DNA of 63,497 bases, filler included, from Choristocarpus tenellus KU-1152 (taxonomy: Eukaryota > Protista > Phaeophyceae): the NCBI GenBank assembly GCA_964200185.2. It is 12 parts of 12 records of this genome, joined end to end, with 100 filler letters (N's around TTAATTAATTAA, not from the genome) between each part and the next. Parts side by side here need not be neighbours in the genome. Positions count along the whole stretch, not along the records: positions 8,299 to 13,730 come from CAXNAD020010795.1; positions 13,831 to 16,655 come from CAXNAD020024420.1; positions 16,756 to 20,288 come from CAXNAD020019406.1; positions 20,389 to 23,203 come from CAXNAD020024513.1; positions 23,304 to 26,950 come from CAXNAD020018750.1; 7 more parts are not named here. The stretch is one strand, 5' to 3'. A model generated the notes under the pieces. The model ran no database searches. It saw only the letters and a program-made list of their open reading frames with translations, and was not told the origin of the DNA. Each line of letters starts with the position of its first letter. Position 1 is the stretch's first letter. Shown here piece by piece: positions 11,080-24,256 of the stretch. Position numbers and translations under genes: made by a program.

Positions 11080-13620
11080 CAAACGTGGTTCGATTGGAGT
11101 TTCGGGGACCAAGGAGAGCGAAATTGTGAAGTGTGTAGTCGTCGACAACAAGTGGAAGCTTCGGATTAGGGAGGACGAGATAGAAGAAGGGGTGGTGCTT
11201 CGTACGGTTGAAATATCGTCACCAGTGAAGTCTCTGTTCGGTTGAGTTTCCCCGGGTTCGGGGTGCATTTGTGAGCTGTTTGGAACGACTGATACATCTA
11301 GACACGGTGGGGAATCTTGGACGAAGAAAGAAATAACAATGGGACAGGTTGTGGCGTTGTGCACAAGTGATGAGGCGGAGGGCGGGGGTTCCAACAAGAC
11401 GGTGGAGAAGGTGGGGGTGGGGGTGCGGGTGGAGGTGGGGGATATTGCGCTTCGACACGTTGGGTTATCCTTGGTTGATGCTCTTTGGTTTGGTTTTTGC
11501 AGTCACGGATTGCTCTATGGGAAAAAGGAGACTCTCATGCAAAGGTTTTCCCTGTTGTGTTTAAACTTAGAAAACCATTCAAAATGGGTAGTACACCTGA
11601 ACCCTTTTTGAAAGGAAATTTTTCTGCACAGATAGTGCAGAGATTCGAACGTTGAATCATGTTTAAAAGGAAGGTTCGTTGTGTGGGTGACTGACGAAGG
11701 ATGGGGTGTGTGCAAATGCCTCAAGACTACTGTCAGTCATTCTGTCATCCTGTTTTGATTCACCGCCCAGCCCTGTTCCGGTGCTCTCTTAGTCCTTGTT
11801 TTTCTTTTTCGGTACCACGTTGAAAGTAAGCTGTACATCGTAGAGGATTCATTATAATTTTTCATTTGCCGATTGACGCCGGTGGGGCGGGCCTAACACT
11901 AAAGATTATTTTTCCCGTTCATTCCTTGTCTCGATCATTCTATGCTACGAGGGTGAAATTGATCGACTTGTGTTTACTCGAAATGTGTCATACCACTATT
12001 GCTATGAGGGGAGGGACTCAGACATGATGGAAGAAACTCAAATCGTTCTTGGCTCGTTGAATACGAGAGTCAGCTAGCAGAAATCACGCATTAATGATGT
12101 GGAATGAATGGCTATCACTTCAGAGCAAGAATGCCTGTGCAGCTTGTAAGTTGGTCTCGCAATGAAAGATAGGCGCTGAACCTTTCTCCCTGTGTTGAGA
12201 GTTAGAGTTATTGGTGTGTGATGGAACATACGCCTATTTTTTTGTTTTGGAATGAGTAGTACAGTCTTGGCAATGAAGAGATGTGCTTCTTGTCGTGCGT
12301 GTTTGGAGAAACGTTTGCAGTCATTGCAATGAAGCGACAGAGGTTGAACAGAGCCCATGACTTGAGGTGAATACATATGCCCCTCATACACAATTCGGGA
12401 CAGTTTGAGGTGTGTAGAGTTTCATGCTGCTTTCCCCTGTGCATTTGAAGAGTGTGTTAACTTGAGAATGAAGGGGAGCCTTGATGTTTAAGCTTTGCTG
12501 TAGTGCTGAGTGACCCTATCACTTCCTTGAATCCTGTTGCTATCTGGATGAGTGGTACAATTCATGTCAAATCGTGTAAGAAAGATCCAAATTGTGTGGC
12601 ATGAGTCAGTTGTTTTACCTGCATAGTTTTGGGGTTGGGTACAATCACATCTGCTGAATGGGAAAGCTATTACAAACCCAAGCACTTAAAATTTTCACGG
12701 GAGATTTTTTGAAGATGTCGGGGGAGGAGGTGGTGTGTCTCACATAGAATGATTTACATTTTCTTGATTATTTGATTCGACCCAATGTGGTGGAAGCTCT
12801 GGGTTGGCACTGGTGATGTGTTCCTATCTTAAATCACATTGACTGCCTTTCATCCTCATTTGAACTCGCTTGTGCTAAAGAAAACAAAAACTTGGTTGAT
12901 TTACTGCAACGTTGACAGTTTCAGCTGATGAGGGGTCTCCATGTGTGTGATATCTTTTTTAATATTTCCTGGTAGTGGACAGCGCTTTTGCGCCCATACT
13001 TTGATTCAATCAGGTGCGTCGATTTCTGTCATGACAACATTTGATATGGTTGTATCTCCTTTGGTTCTCAACACTAGGTGTTCCTGTTTTTTTTTAAATT
13101 TATTGTTTCACTAAACCAAAAAAAAAGATGCCATCGGCTGATTGTTGTTGGAGAAAGGGGACGCCTGAGGTTTGGAGAGTCTCGTGCACTCCATGTCTTT
13201 TGCCCTGTCTTAATCTGTGGCCTGTTGGCAAAAATGGGACGAATAGAATTCATTGGGGTTTGACCTGTTGGTGCGGATGGTGAGGAATCTCTCGGGACTG
13301 TAGATTGGACAAGTTGAATTTGTGGTTCAAGATCGTAATAGTTCTCGATTGAAATTACGTGTGCGGTGTGTGTTTTCCAGTGCTTCAATGTTGAAGTTGT
13401 TGCAGGGGAGGAAAAGGCAAGATGGTGTGGAAGGGGGGTAAAGAGAGGGAGGGGTAGAGTTTGAACAAAGTTGTTTTATTGACTTTACCTCTCAGTACTG
13501 GACGTTGCTTTTTGTTGCTGTGGCTGTCATGAGTCCTTTTGTCGTGGTGCTGTTGCTTTGTTTTTGTTGCTTTGTGAAGGGTTATTCTCGACTTCAGCGA
13601 TGGGGGAAGTAGGGAGATGG
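11080..13620 (-). mobile_element. highly decayed Copia pol (integrase region) remnant
   Basis: Fragments CPELCMRG, VMGSVQPLSL, NTGRKVQRL and QNRMTE resemble integrase Zn-finger, DLxGP, TGRKIKRL and QNGxAER motifs, in the expected order. Many stops; boundaries approximate. Confidence 0.5.
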
Positions 13621-13830
13621 GGGGGTCAAAGTATCTGGGGGGGGGGGGGGGGGGGGGGGGGTTGGGGGGGGGGGGCCGTTCGGGGCCGGCCGTTCTTCTT
13701 TTTTGTGTGGTATTCTCTAACTCCACCACCNNNNNNNNNNNNNNNNNNNNNNNNNNNNNNNNNNNNNNNNNNNNTTAATTAATTAANNNNNNNNNNNNNN
13801 NNNNNNNNNNNNNNNNNNNNNNNNNNNNNN

Positions 13831-15581
13831 CAAGCTGTTCTTTGTCCTTCATTAAAGCACCATAAAAGCCGCGGGTCCAGTGTGGGATAGTTCAACACGC
13901 TATGTAGCGGACCGAATATTCCTGGGACGTTGTGCGAAGCGACAAGACAGGTAGTGAGAGTTGTTATTGTGTACAAGACATCTTCCGGCAACCCCATAAG
14001 GATCGCTAACCTCCCCACGTTCGCTAGGAAGTAGGGAGAGGACTTCCTCGCTTTTTCAGTGAGAGCCCAAGCTACCTTTTAGAGTCTATGACTGTGACTT
14101 CGGTGTTCATGGCTCCGACATCATCTGTAGGGGATCAGTCTGGGCAGTGGACGTGGATTCGAGGTAGAGACTTCAAGCATGGAGCTCGTCAAGATCTTCA
14201 ATTGGCAAAGGGAACGACCATGCTCTGGTTGTGAGTTCGGGAAGGGGGACTGCCGGTAGAAAGGGGCGTGGGAAGGGGCGCATAGTCTGTTTCATGTGTG
14301 GCAAAGATGGCCACATGAGAGGTGACTGCCCCGACCTAGACAGGGGACGACACGCAGGTGCCTCTGCAAGAATGGGGGAAGATGAAGACCGAGATGGAAG
14401 GTGCCCAAGGTGCAGGGGGATAGGACATGACTATGATGAATGTCCCCTGACCCTTCGGGCAAGGGAGAAGACCAGGAAACCCCCAAGAAGAGGGGCTAAG
14501 TATGCCAATATGGTGTCGAAAGCTTCACCTCCGTCCTCGAACCAAGAGGATCTTGCTGATCGGATGGAAAGGTTAGAAGGGTTAATCGGCTCTTATTTTG
14601 ATGAATCTGATCGTTATTCCTTTTGACTGTCTTCTTTTGTGTTTTTCTAAATGTTTTAATTTGATTTTGTCCCCCATTTCTTGTGTATTTTGTTGCATGC
14701 CCACAGTAGTCAAGTGGCAGCTGTGATGTTGTATGCAGACTGACTATAGTCAGTGAGAGGCTTTCCTCGTGTTTGTGTGTATGGTATTTCAGTGATATGT
14801 CAATTGTTTAGTACTACTTTTTGCAAAGATTCACTTTAGGCGTGACACTAGGGATATTTCCAGCATCATGGGAGACACTAGATGTATTGCTAAGGACCCT
14901 GCCATTTCATGGATTGTGGGAGACGCAATGGGACATCGCTAAGGACCCACAGTAGAAAACACCCCAGGATGTGTTCGTAGAGATTGCGATAGGATAGGTA
15001 GGAAGTTACAGTTCCACCGTATTACTTTGTTCCGAAGATTTGTAGTGGTGATGTACTAGGGAAGTTTTGTTGATTGTAGGAGACGCTGGATGTATTGCTA
15101 AGGACCTTGCCATTTCATGGATTGTAGGAGGCGCAATGGGACATCGCTAAGGACTTGCAGGAGAAAGTAACCCATAATGTTTCAACTGGAGGCTACAATA
15201 GGGAAGTAGATATGAGGTAGGATCTGTGTTCTGATGATCTGCAGTAGTGATGTACTAGGGAGGTTTCGTTGATTGTAGGAGACGCTGGATGTATTGCTAA
15301 GGACCCTCCCATTTCATGGATTGTGGGAGACGCAATGTGACATCGCTAAGGACTTGCAGGAGAAAGTACCCCATAATGTTTCCACTAGAGGCTGCAGTAG
15401 GATGACGGTTTAGAATTGACAACTGAGATTTTGTACCTACACAGAGACCCAATGTCAACTTTGATATTAGGGTATATTTATTGAATTGTTTTTGAGAGAG
15501 TTAGCAAAAGTTTGTTTCTTTCTTCAAGTTTTCAGAGAAATAGATTCTAAGGGTGTATAGTATCTGCGCAGAAAGGGAGAG
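13831..15581 (+). mobile_element. non-autonomous, internally deleted LTR retroelement (LTR tail, gag remnant with two CCHC knuckles, internal repeats, PPT)
   Basis: ORF 14231-14626 has CFMCGKDGHMRGDC and CPRCRGIGHDYDEC. No pol is recognisable. PPT AGAAAGGGAGAG at 15570-15581 abuts TGTTCG. 13831-13897 matches 15945-16011 at 64/67 nt. Confidence 0.75.
14871..15400 (+). repeat. ~200-bp tandem repeat, about 2.6 copies
   Basis: GGAGACxCTxGATGTATTGCTAAGGACCxTxCCATTTCATGGATTGTxGGAGxCGCAATGxGACATCGCTAAGGAC recurs at ~14871, ~15078 and ~15277. Confidence 0.9.
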
Positions 15582-16011
15582 TGTTCGTAGATAGTGCTGC
15601 TGGTACACTATAGACACCATCGGTGGAGTAGATTAGGAAATGCAGACACTACTGGTGGAGTAATGGAGTAATGGAGGAAAGGTAGAGTCAGATATATGTT
15701 TCCGTATATTTCAGTTGGGCTCTATACAACGTTTATGTATGGTAGGGACCTGATATTTGATGATCAGTTGATATATCATGTATGGCACATATGATAAGTA
15801 GATATGATTCTCTTCTGATTATCCATGTGGACGTTGCAAATCCCACATGGTAGGCTGCACTGGTCTTACCCACCTTCTCAGTCAGCGGAATCGAGACTAC
15901 AAAGACCACTAGCCCCTTGTAATACTAACATTGTTCATCTACATCAAGCTGTTCTCTGTCCTTCATTAAAGCACTATAAAAGCCGTGGGTCCAGTGTGGG
16001 ATAGTTCAACA
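15582..16011 (+). mobile_element. LTR (shared between two tandem units)
   Basis: Starts TGTT directly after the PPT and ends TTCAACA, with ATTAAA ~45 nt before the end. An alternative end is ACTAACA at 15930. Confidence 0.65.
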
Positions 16012-16044
16012 GCTAGCGTTACATCGATTCGAGGGGGAGTCCCA

Positions 16045-16655
16045 ATGGAGGAGGCTGTCGGTTATAGAAGACGTAATCTGAGAAGAGCGGAGTATAGTGA
16101 CACGACACTTACAACACCAGTTGAAGAAGGTGGAGAGGTGATCGAGACTGATGATGAAGAGAACAGAGGGGCGGTTAGCAGAACCGCGCAACAGGGGGTA
16201 CCAACTGGACGGGGATTAAGACAACTGATTCCATTGCCATCAACATTCAAGGTCTACAGTGGTGATGATGACGGTGATGGATTTGCTATGTTCGAGCGAA
16301 AATTTCTTTCGTGTGCTGCCATGGAGGGATGGAAGGATATGCTGCTATCGGATGATCACATCAGAGTCAGCAGTGATTACTTTGACACATCAAGATGGTC
16401 TGAACGCGAAATAGACAAGGCGAATATGGCGATGGCTGCTCTGGTGATGGCTTTGGATGGGTTTGCGGAAAAAGTGGCAAGCAACCATGATAGTCCTTCA
16501 GAAGCTTACCAAGCTTTACGGAACCACTTCAGGAGAAGTGGTATAGCAGAAAGGACTACCATGAGATCAAGACTTAATTCTTTACATTTACCTGCTGGTG
16601 AAGATCCGGCTATAGTCATTCTGGAATTGGACAACATAGTCAAGAAAATGCGATC
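16045..16655 (+). mobile_element. Copia-type gag, open to contig end
   Basis: Uninterrupted frame MEEAVG...FAMFERKF...AMAALVMALD...SPSEAYQALRNHF...RSRLNSLHL...DPAIVILELDNIV, typical of Retrotran_gag_2/UBN2. It follows the LTR. Confidence 0.8.
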
Positions 16656-16755
16656 NNNNNNNNNNNNNNNNNNNNNNNNNNNNNNNNNNNNNNNNNNNNT
16701 TAATTAATTAANNNNNNNNNNNNNNNNNNNNNNNNNNNNNNNNNNNNNNNNNNNN

Positions 16756-17465
16756 CTGTATCTGTGTTCGAGGATAATGATGGTGCAATCAAGATTGCTA
16801 AGAAGGCAGTATCTGGTGGTGATAGAACCAACCACATCGATATTAGGTATCACTATGTACGTTAGTTGGAAAGGGAAGGCAGGATAGCAATTGGGTATTT
16901 GCCAACGGAGTTTCAACGTGCTGATCTTTTTACCAAGGGTTTGTCTAAGGAATCTTTCAATAGGCATTCCAGTGTTATCATACGCAGAATGGAGTGGAAT
17001 TGATTTCTGGTTTAAGATATGTCCAAGAATGTTTTGGGGTGGTATTTTTTCACTTGAAGTTCAAAGCAGGGGAGTGTGTCAAGAATGTGCTTTTTATTCA
17101 TGTGTAAAATATGATTCTTTAGGAGAAACATTGAGTTGTTGAACTATTATGATTCGATAACGGGATAATTGATAGGAAAGCTTTCTGTTGAGTAATCATG
17201 AGAATATTATCTGGGTTATTGTAGTACAACACAGAGAATGAGTCATGTGTTAAGTGAGTGACGCATGAAGGTTGTAGCAAGTCATACAGAAAATGAGTGA
17301 CGTGTTATTAGAATACGAATCGTAAGGTGATGACCCCCGTTGAGCCTTGAAGTTCACTCTCCTTCCTTACACCTTCCTTACTTCATGTACAACCTGTTCT
17401 GCATAATAAGGAATTAATCGAGTCGTTTACATACACAAGTCTTGGGAACACAAATTTCTTTAACA
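16756..17465 (+). mobile_element. Copia 3' end: RNase H C-terminus, PPT and 3' LTR
   Basis: VFEDNDGAIKIAK...RTKHIDIRYHYVR*...YLPTEFQRADLFTKGL (one in-frame stop). PPT AAAGCAGGGGAG 17063-17074, then a TG...CA LTR at ~17075-17465. Confidence 0.88.
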
Positions 17466-17699
17466 ACTCATTTTCCTCTTCTTGTGTTCTTCAATGGTGC
17501 CAGATACATGAGCCATTTGTGATGAAAATGATAAAGGTTTGGGCATAAATGGGTATCTGCACAAAGAACTGTTGAACCAAGTTTCATTATTATTAGACGA
17601 GTTTGGTTGAACTAACGGCAAATAAAAAATATTAATGACACGCATGCAGGCAATAAGCGATGCCTGAGGAGCAACAGGTGTGACTGACGTCAACCTCTT

Positions 17700-18980
17700 A
17701 CGCCTGCCAATCCCTGCAATGGTGTCCACAACACCATGACTGTTCCCAAGTGGACAGGAGTCAAATCCACCTGGGCACCCCTACGGACGAGGGACATAAT
17801 GGCCTGGTGTTGACTGTCTATTGTCACGAACATAACCACCATGACCTCTTCCTCTACGACGCAGGTGCGGCCGACGAGTACGCCTCAGATTGTCCAGGCA
17901 CGACTGGGTTGCCATCACGAGTTGCTGCCTGACAATCTGGGTACTGGCACACACTACTTTGGTGATGATCAATGGTGTACTGGAGTGTTGATGGTGGCTC
18001 CGCGTATTGTGACGTGTCCAGGGGTCGTGATGTTCTGTCAGTTGCACTGGTTGTAGGAGGTGGATTTGTCAACGACCAAGCTGGAGACCTGTTGACGATT
18101 GCCTCCCCCGCTTGGTGACGTTCCACCTCCGTATGGAGCCGATGACATTCGCATTGTAACTGAACGAAATCTGCCCGAGGGACATGATCAATGCCTGTTC
18201 CCTGAACTTGGAGCTTCAGCAGGTTCTGAAGGCATTCAGGAGGCACGGTGTTTGTTCTTGCGCACTTGTTGATGTGGTGCGAGATGAACGCTGGTACAGC
18301 ATCACTAAACTTGGCCTGCGAAATGGTCACCTCACAAGTAGTAGAACTTGGAGGCGGGACCGGTTCTTCCTGAAAGAGGATCTAACAAGTGTCACAGTCG
18401 CCTTAGCTAACACAATGCTCAAGGGTCGACGACACGGGTCTGGCATGAGCCTGACGATCTGTTGGGGGGGAAGGATGGGAACCTCGTCTACATTCAGCAA
18501 GTGTTATGTTACTAGACGAGATGGAGTTGACACTAGACGAGTCAGAGTCGATATTGGTTTAAGACTCCATGTCTACTGTAGTCTCGTGACCTTGGACCTC
18601 TTCCTCTGACGTTCTGGATGGTTCCAGATGTGGAGTAAGGCGCTCCTGTACACGCTGTTTTCGCCTCGATCTTGAGTTTGGCATCTTTTGTCCGTGGTCA
18701 AACAAACAAAAAAATCCCCGTCACCCCATTTCTGAGGTCACCAGTGTCGCCAATGTGCATCGTGTGATTCTCTGGTGGCGTGGTTCACTCAGGCAAGGGT
18801 GGCGAAGAGAATCGTCGGGCCAGACGAACCAGACGAACAAAGACGAATCGTAACCGAGGGTTTTAGGTTAAGGTTGGACAAGTGCAAATTGAGGAGTGTT
18901 GAGCATCTTCAAGGATGGGGCTTCATCACCACAAGTCAAGACGTGAGAACAAAGTGGATCTTACATGTGTGTGTGTGACA
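17700..18980 (-). mobile_element. Gypsy-like 5' LTR + PBS + decayed gag
   Basis: Minus strand: TGTCAC (18980)...GCGACA (18745), followed after 1 nt by PBS-like TGGTGACCTCAGA (18743-18731). The 158-aa ORF remnant 18330-17854 lies downstream. Confidence 0.55.
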
Positions 18981-20509
18981 ACTCTGAATGACGAGCTGTC
19001 CCAAGTCTGTGGGATTGGTCTCGTGAAGAGACTCCATGGTTTCATTCTGACGGAAGATCCATCAGTGGAATCATGGATGCTTGACAAGGAACCTCAATCG
19101 GTACAACGGTATAACGGTATATAGCGTACAGCAATAACGGTATAACAACAGGCAAACATGCTTTCCGCACATGTATCTAAAAACAGGTTACCTACCTACA
19201 TCCACTCCACAACTCATCAATCAAGGATGGTGTCGTAGTTGATGTAACAGAATCCCTTATTTTATACAGACATCTACTAAAGGGATCTTTTGACCATATT
19301 AGTTTTAAGGTCAAACAGTCAGAACAACACAACTGTGAACTTAATTATGTGTGAGAAATATTTGTGTTCCTCAACTTCAACTATAATATGTAAATGTGCG
19401 AGGGAATAATGATATAAATATCAATTTCTAGTTCAAGTTGTGAGAATAATCGATAGTGTAAAGTAATAAATTAATGTTTTTCACATTTATGATATTTTAT
19501 TTCTTTAGGGCTTATACTGACATAAGTATAGTTTTCATTTGTTTCCCCCCTGACACATCTGGAAAATTTCAGAGGGCATAATAATATAATAGTGTATAAC
19601 AAAACTACAATGTTTGTGCAAAATGAAATACATTGTGGTATTTTGTCTAATGGCGAGATTGTTTCAAACTATGTAGAAATGAGAAATTTCACAACATTTG
19701 GTAGTGAAAAACACTACAGTGTTGGCAGTCGCCTCCTGCATAAACTTTGTCGTGCCATAACTTTTGATCAACAACATTTTTTTTCATGAAAATTCGTTTG
19801 CTGTATAATCGCGTCAGCATGCTTAACCTTATTTAATGGGCCTCAGTGGGCAAACGTGCAGTAATCATGAGAAATACAGGACCATACTTGAATTAAGTAG
19901 TCCGGGCGCGAACCGCGCATTTGAGGATGATTTTGACGCCTGAAGAGGCCATCTTTACCTGGAGAACTTGGGCTTTATTGTCTCTCCATTCTCTTTCCAT
20001 TATTTCCCGTTTATGCGATGTTGTCACCAGCTGGCTAAGGCTCACTCATGGGGGCCCAGACGTCTGAACCAGACAGTCCTTCCAAGCCAATTGAGGTATT
20101 CTGAAGTTGCAGGCCTCCTGTGATACTTAAATGTCTTGTATACCCTGTCCAATTTGGTGCACTCCATGCCTTTCTCGTTGGAATATATGGTGGTTAGCAA
20201 TGCTCAACCTGAGGAACCTGAGTGAAAGTATCTTAGAGGGTACGAGTTTTTCCCTGTTTGTCCATTTGGGGCTTGGCTTCCCACGGGCNNNNNNNNNNNN
20301 NNNNNNNNNNNNNNNNNNNNNNNNNNNNNNNNTTAATTAATTAANNNNNNNNNNNNNNNNNNNNNNNNNNNNNNNNNNNNNNNNNNNNTTTGGTCCAAAT
20401 AAACACCCAGGTGTAGCCCCCCCCCCCCTCCCAGATACTTTGGGTCTAATGGCCTTCCTCCTATAAGTTTCTATGCGAAATCACACCCACGACGTGGCGA
20501 ATGTGTCAG

Positions 20510-20930
20510 CATCGTAAAAGCTGCCAGGGTCATCTATGGCCTTAAGCAATCAACAATGGAGTGGTACAAGGAGCTAAAGGGAACAACCTTTGCTGAGCGG
20601 TGTGGTGTTAGCGACTTTGATGCCAGCCTCATCCCGGTTGATTGCCACCTCAACTAACTTGTCTGGGGTCCCGAGGTCCCGTCCTTCGTACTTGGTAAGC
20701 TGATTGCTCTTCCTCCTCTTTATTTCCTTGTGGAAATCTCCAGTCAACGAGATGTCATCCACGTAGTGAAAAAGGACAGCGATCCTTCCATCTTCACTCC
20801 TTTTCACATATTGGCAGGTGTCAAGTCGCTAACGCTCCACCCCTCAGCTAAGATTGTTCCCTTTAGCTCCTTGTACCACTCCTTTGTTGATTGCTTAAGG
20901 CCATAGATGGCCCTGGCAGCTTTTACGATG
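20510..20930. repeat. inverted duplication of Copia RT segment (arms ~20510-20620 and ~20820-20930)
   Basis: CATCGTAAAAGCTGCCAGGGTCATCTATGGCCTTAAGCAATCAAC... is the near-perfect reverse complement of ...GTTGATTGCTTAAGGCCATAGATGGCCCTGGCAGCTTTTACGATG. Confidence 0.92.
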
Positions 20931-21780
20931 GATCCATTCGGCAGTTGTAGCCATACATCTCCAGGGAGTGGTGCGTTCAGGTAGGCTTGAGTGAAGTCTA
21001 GGGAGTTGATGACCCAGTTTCTGTTAGCTGCTGTGGCCAGGACTGCTTTAATCACGTCAAATCCCACCACTGGACTGAATGTGCTGAATTAGTCCACCCC
21101 TTCTTATTGGGAGAAACCCCGTGTCACCAGCCTGGCCTTAAATATTTCAATGTCTCCATAGGCTGTCCTTTTGATTTTGAAAATGAAGCTTGTTTTGACA
21201 AGTCTCCTCCCTAGTGGCAGACTCTCTCCCTCATGGAAGGTTCCTTTGCTTCGTTGGCCCTCCATTTGTTGCTCCATTGCCTCTTTCCAGTGTTCTGTAT
21301 CAGGCCCTGCGAGGGCTTCTGCAATGGTTGATGGCTCCTGGTGGCCTATCGAGATGTCACCTGCCATGCCCATCACACAGTATGCATCATCCATGCTTGT
21401 TCTAAGCAGATTGACCATATTCTCCCCCACTTCTTCAGTATCTCCACAGTGTAAACCCCTGTAGTCCAACCTGGGTTGTTCAGCTATCCTGGCTGACCTC
21501 CGTTGTCCACTAGTTGAGCTTGTCGAGTTCTTGCTCGCGGCTGTTACTTGTGGTATCGGATCGACTGCAATATCGAAATCTCGATCAGAGTCGTCTTCAG
21601 TATATCGGAAATCTCTTTATCATCGGTCAAAATCATGGTCTCTCTCTCCCCTACGAAGTCCATGATGTGTTCATCCGCCTCGAGCGTCACGTGGGCTGAG
21701 GTTACCAACTTGGCCTCATGAGGAAGCCAGATGTACCAACACAGTGATGTACGGTCGTGTCCAATGATTATACCCCCCAC
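20620..21780 (-). mobile_element. Copia reverse transcriptase pseudogene
   Basis: EPSTIAEAL...WKEAM...IFKIKR...FKARLVTRGFSQ*, LDFTQAYLNAPL, AIYGLKQS..EWY and YVDD motifs, with stops and a frameshift. Confidence 0.93.
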
Positions 21781-24256
21781 CCCAGATGCTTTGACTCAAG
21801 GTGGCTATAGAATATACTGAGTTGTACATCAAAGTGGCTATTATTACTTCATGCTATTTTGTGTTACTGCCAACACTATAGTGTGATTTCTTGTTATTGC
21901 TTTGAAGAAAGTTGACCTCGCATGTGTAATAGGACCCATCAGTGGGGATGTATGAGCTACTACAGATTTTGCAGATTTTCACTTTTTCATGTCCTTAAAC
22001 TTGGAAATATAATCTAATTAGAGATTCAGAGAGAGGAAGCATGATGAAGGAACTTGGTCTTGATTTGTCTGCGTTTTATGGTGGTAATCGTGAAATTGTT
22101 GCAGGAACAAAGTGTGAACTACTTAAGCATTCTGCTGCCAGCTCCGCTTGAATGTTATAATGCAAGTAGGAACTGGTGGGTTTTGAAATGGCAGTGAGAG
22201 TGGCAGTGATTCGGTTGAAGAATCTTCTTTCTTAGCAAAAAAGACTGGTGGAGTAGTATTACTATGGATTGGCTTCCCAGTCACAACCAAGATATGCTTG
22301 TTGACCATTGCTCTGTGCATTGACACTCAGGCACACTTCACACTTCCACACATGGAGAACACCATGCAGGAACATTAAGAAAAACTGGGGTTGGCTAGCT
22401 CACTCCATGTTGACTATTTGATAATAATAATATCATCCACAGTCAATCTTCTGAGCAGTGCTGGGTAACATCATTGTCTTAACTCACCCCTCTCCTCTCC
22501 CCCCTCTAACTCAGAATAACATTTCATCAAATTTCACAAAGTCATCTTTCGTCCTCTTTTATTTTTCAAATCACTACTCTACTCTTTTACCTTTCCCAAC
22601 ACATACAAAGAGTCATTCCATAATAAAGAGGTGAAGGCTACTTACTCACGCACTCAATCTCTTCCACACCCAGGCGACACTTCATATTGGCACCCATGAC
22701 TTGTCTGCTGCACGGGATGAAGGGGAATGTAGTCAACTACCCCTTATCCCAACTCTAACCCAATTCACTTCTACACCAGAAGATTACCATGCAACTATCT
22801 CCAAGAACAATAAGTACTGTATTGGTCAGTCCTCAAATCAAAATCTGAGTATAGAAGAGCAACGCGGTCTTGCAGGGGACATAGATAGGGTTAAGGTTTA
22901 CTAGGCGATAGATTCGGTATGACCATGAAAGAAACTGCTGACCATGTGTTGAGTGTTATCTTACACCATCAGGGATGTACCTTATATTGTCATATACGGA
23001 CCCTTCAACCCCGCCAAATTGGGCGAAGATTACCTCATCTCAGATATTATGTGATAACAGTGACATAGCGCATTGTGAAACCCTAAACCTACAAATGCTC
23101 GCCAGTTAAAAAACTTCTAAGAACCTGTTTAAAGTCTTTTTGATATGTTATAATAATGTTTTTAACAAATTATTAAAAAATATTTATGCATAACTACCCA
23201 AGCNNNNNNNNNNNNNNNNNNNNNNNNNNNNNNNNNNNNNNNNNNNNTTAATTAATTAANNNNNNNNNNNNNNNNNNNNNNNNNNNNNNNNNNNNNNNNN
23301 NNNTTGTTGAATAATGGCCAAAATATATTTTTATTCCTTTTACAGACTTGGAATGATCAATTCAAAAAAAGAACAACCCCCCCCCCCCCCTCCCCCTGTT
23401 GAGGTGTTGTGAATCAGGTGAGTTTTTGACTAACAGTGAGGCTTGAGCGATTGGGCATGATCTATTGCTTGGGTCCTCCCTGGTCTATGGACACACCCTT
23501 CCCTCTCCACCCACCGGGTGGTTAAGTGGCCCCCGCTGCCGTATATGACAAAGTCTTTTTGGGGTTAATTCTCATCCTGCTATGTGCTTGACGCATGAGT
23601 TTTAAACTGTACTACATTGGAATGATGTATGCAGCCCCAAAAGGTGAGGGGAATTGACCCGACATACTTCATCACATTCCTGGAACAGGTGGATGCCTAT
23701 CATCCACACAGTCGATAGACTTGTGTGCAGGTTACATATAAACCAGAAAACAGCTGGGAACTCCATTCCTCTGCAGTGAAGGAATAGACGGGTACTACTA
23801 GTCCGTGGTAGTTGTTAGTGCATTGCCTAATAATCGTGTGATAATATTTAAAGAATTGGATGCAATATTCATCGCTGCCAGTTCATTAGCCCCTTTCATC
23901 ACAGCAGCGGCAAAAAAAAATCAAAAAACAAACAAACCAACCAACCAAACAAACAAACTACACTTTCCTACTCGGAGTATATCCCTATCCATCAAGAAAC
24001 GTATTGAACTCTTTTCGCAGGGAGTGGTAGCTACCATTACCACCAGAAGGAGACAGGCAACAAGGGTAAGCATAAGCAAACAGAGCAGGCACCTAGGAGG
24101 TGAAGGCTCGGGTTTCAAGGTTGGGGGTTTTGTAGAGAGAGACAGACCTTCCACAAAAAGCAGACATCCTCATCTAAGGCGAAACATGGGGGTGGGAGGT
24201 GGGAGGTGGGAGGTGGGGGGCTAGGGTAAAATCAAGGGTTATGGTTGGATACTTGC

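Noticed and set aside
14871-15400. Repeat-spacer pattern as a CRISPR-like array
   Set aside because: The units are ~200 bp, the spacers are homologous to each other, no cas genes are present, and the context is a eukaryotic retroelement.
16045-17465. Gag (before linker) plus RNase H/LTR (after linker) as a single Copia element
   Set aside because: They are separated by a linker, and the downstream LTR (17075-17465) does not resemble the upstream LTR (15582-16011).
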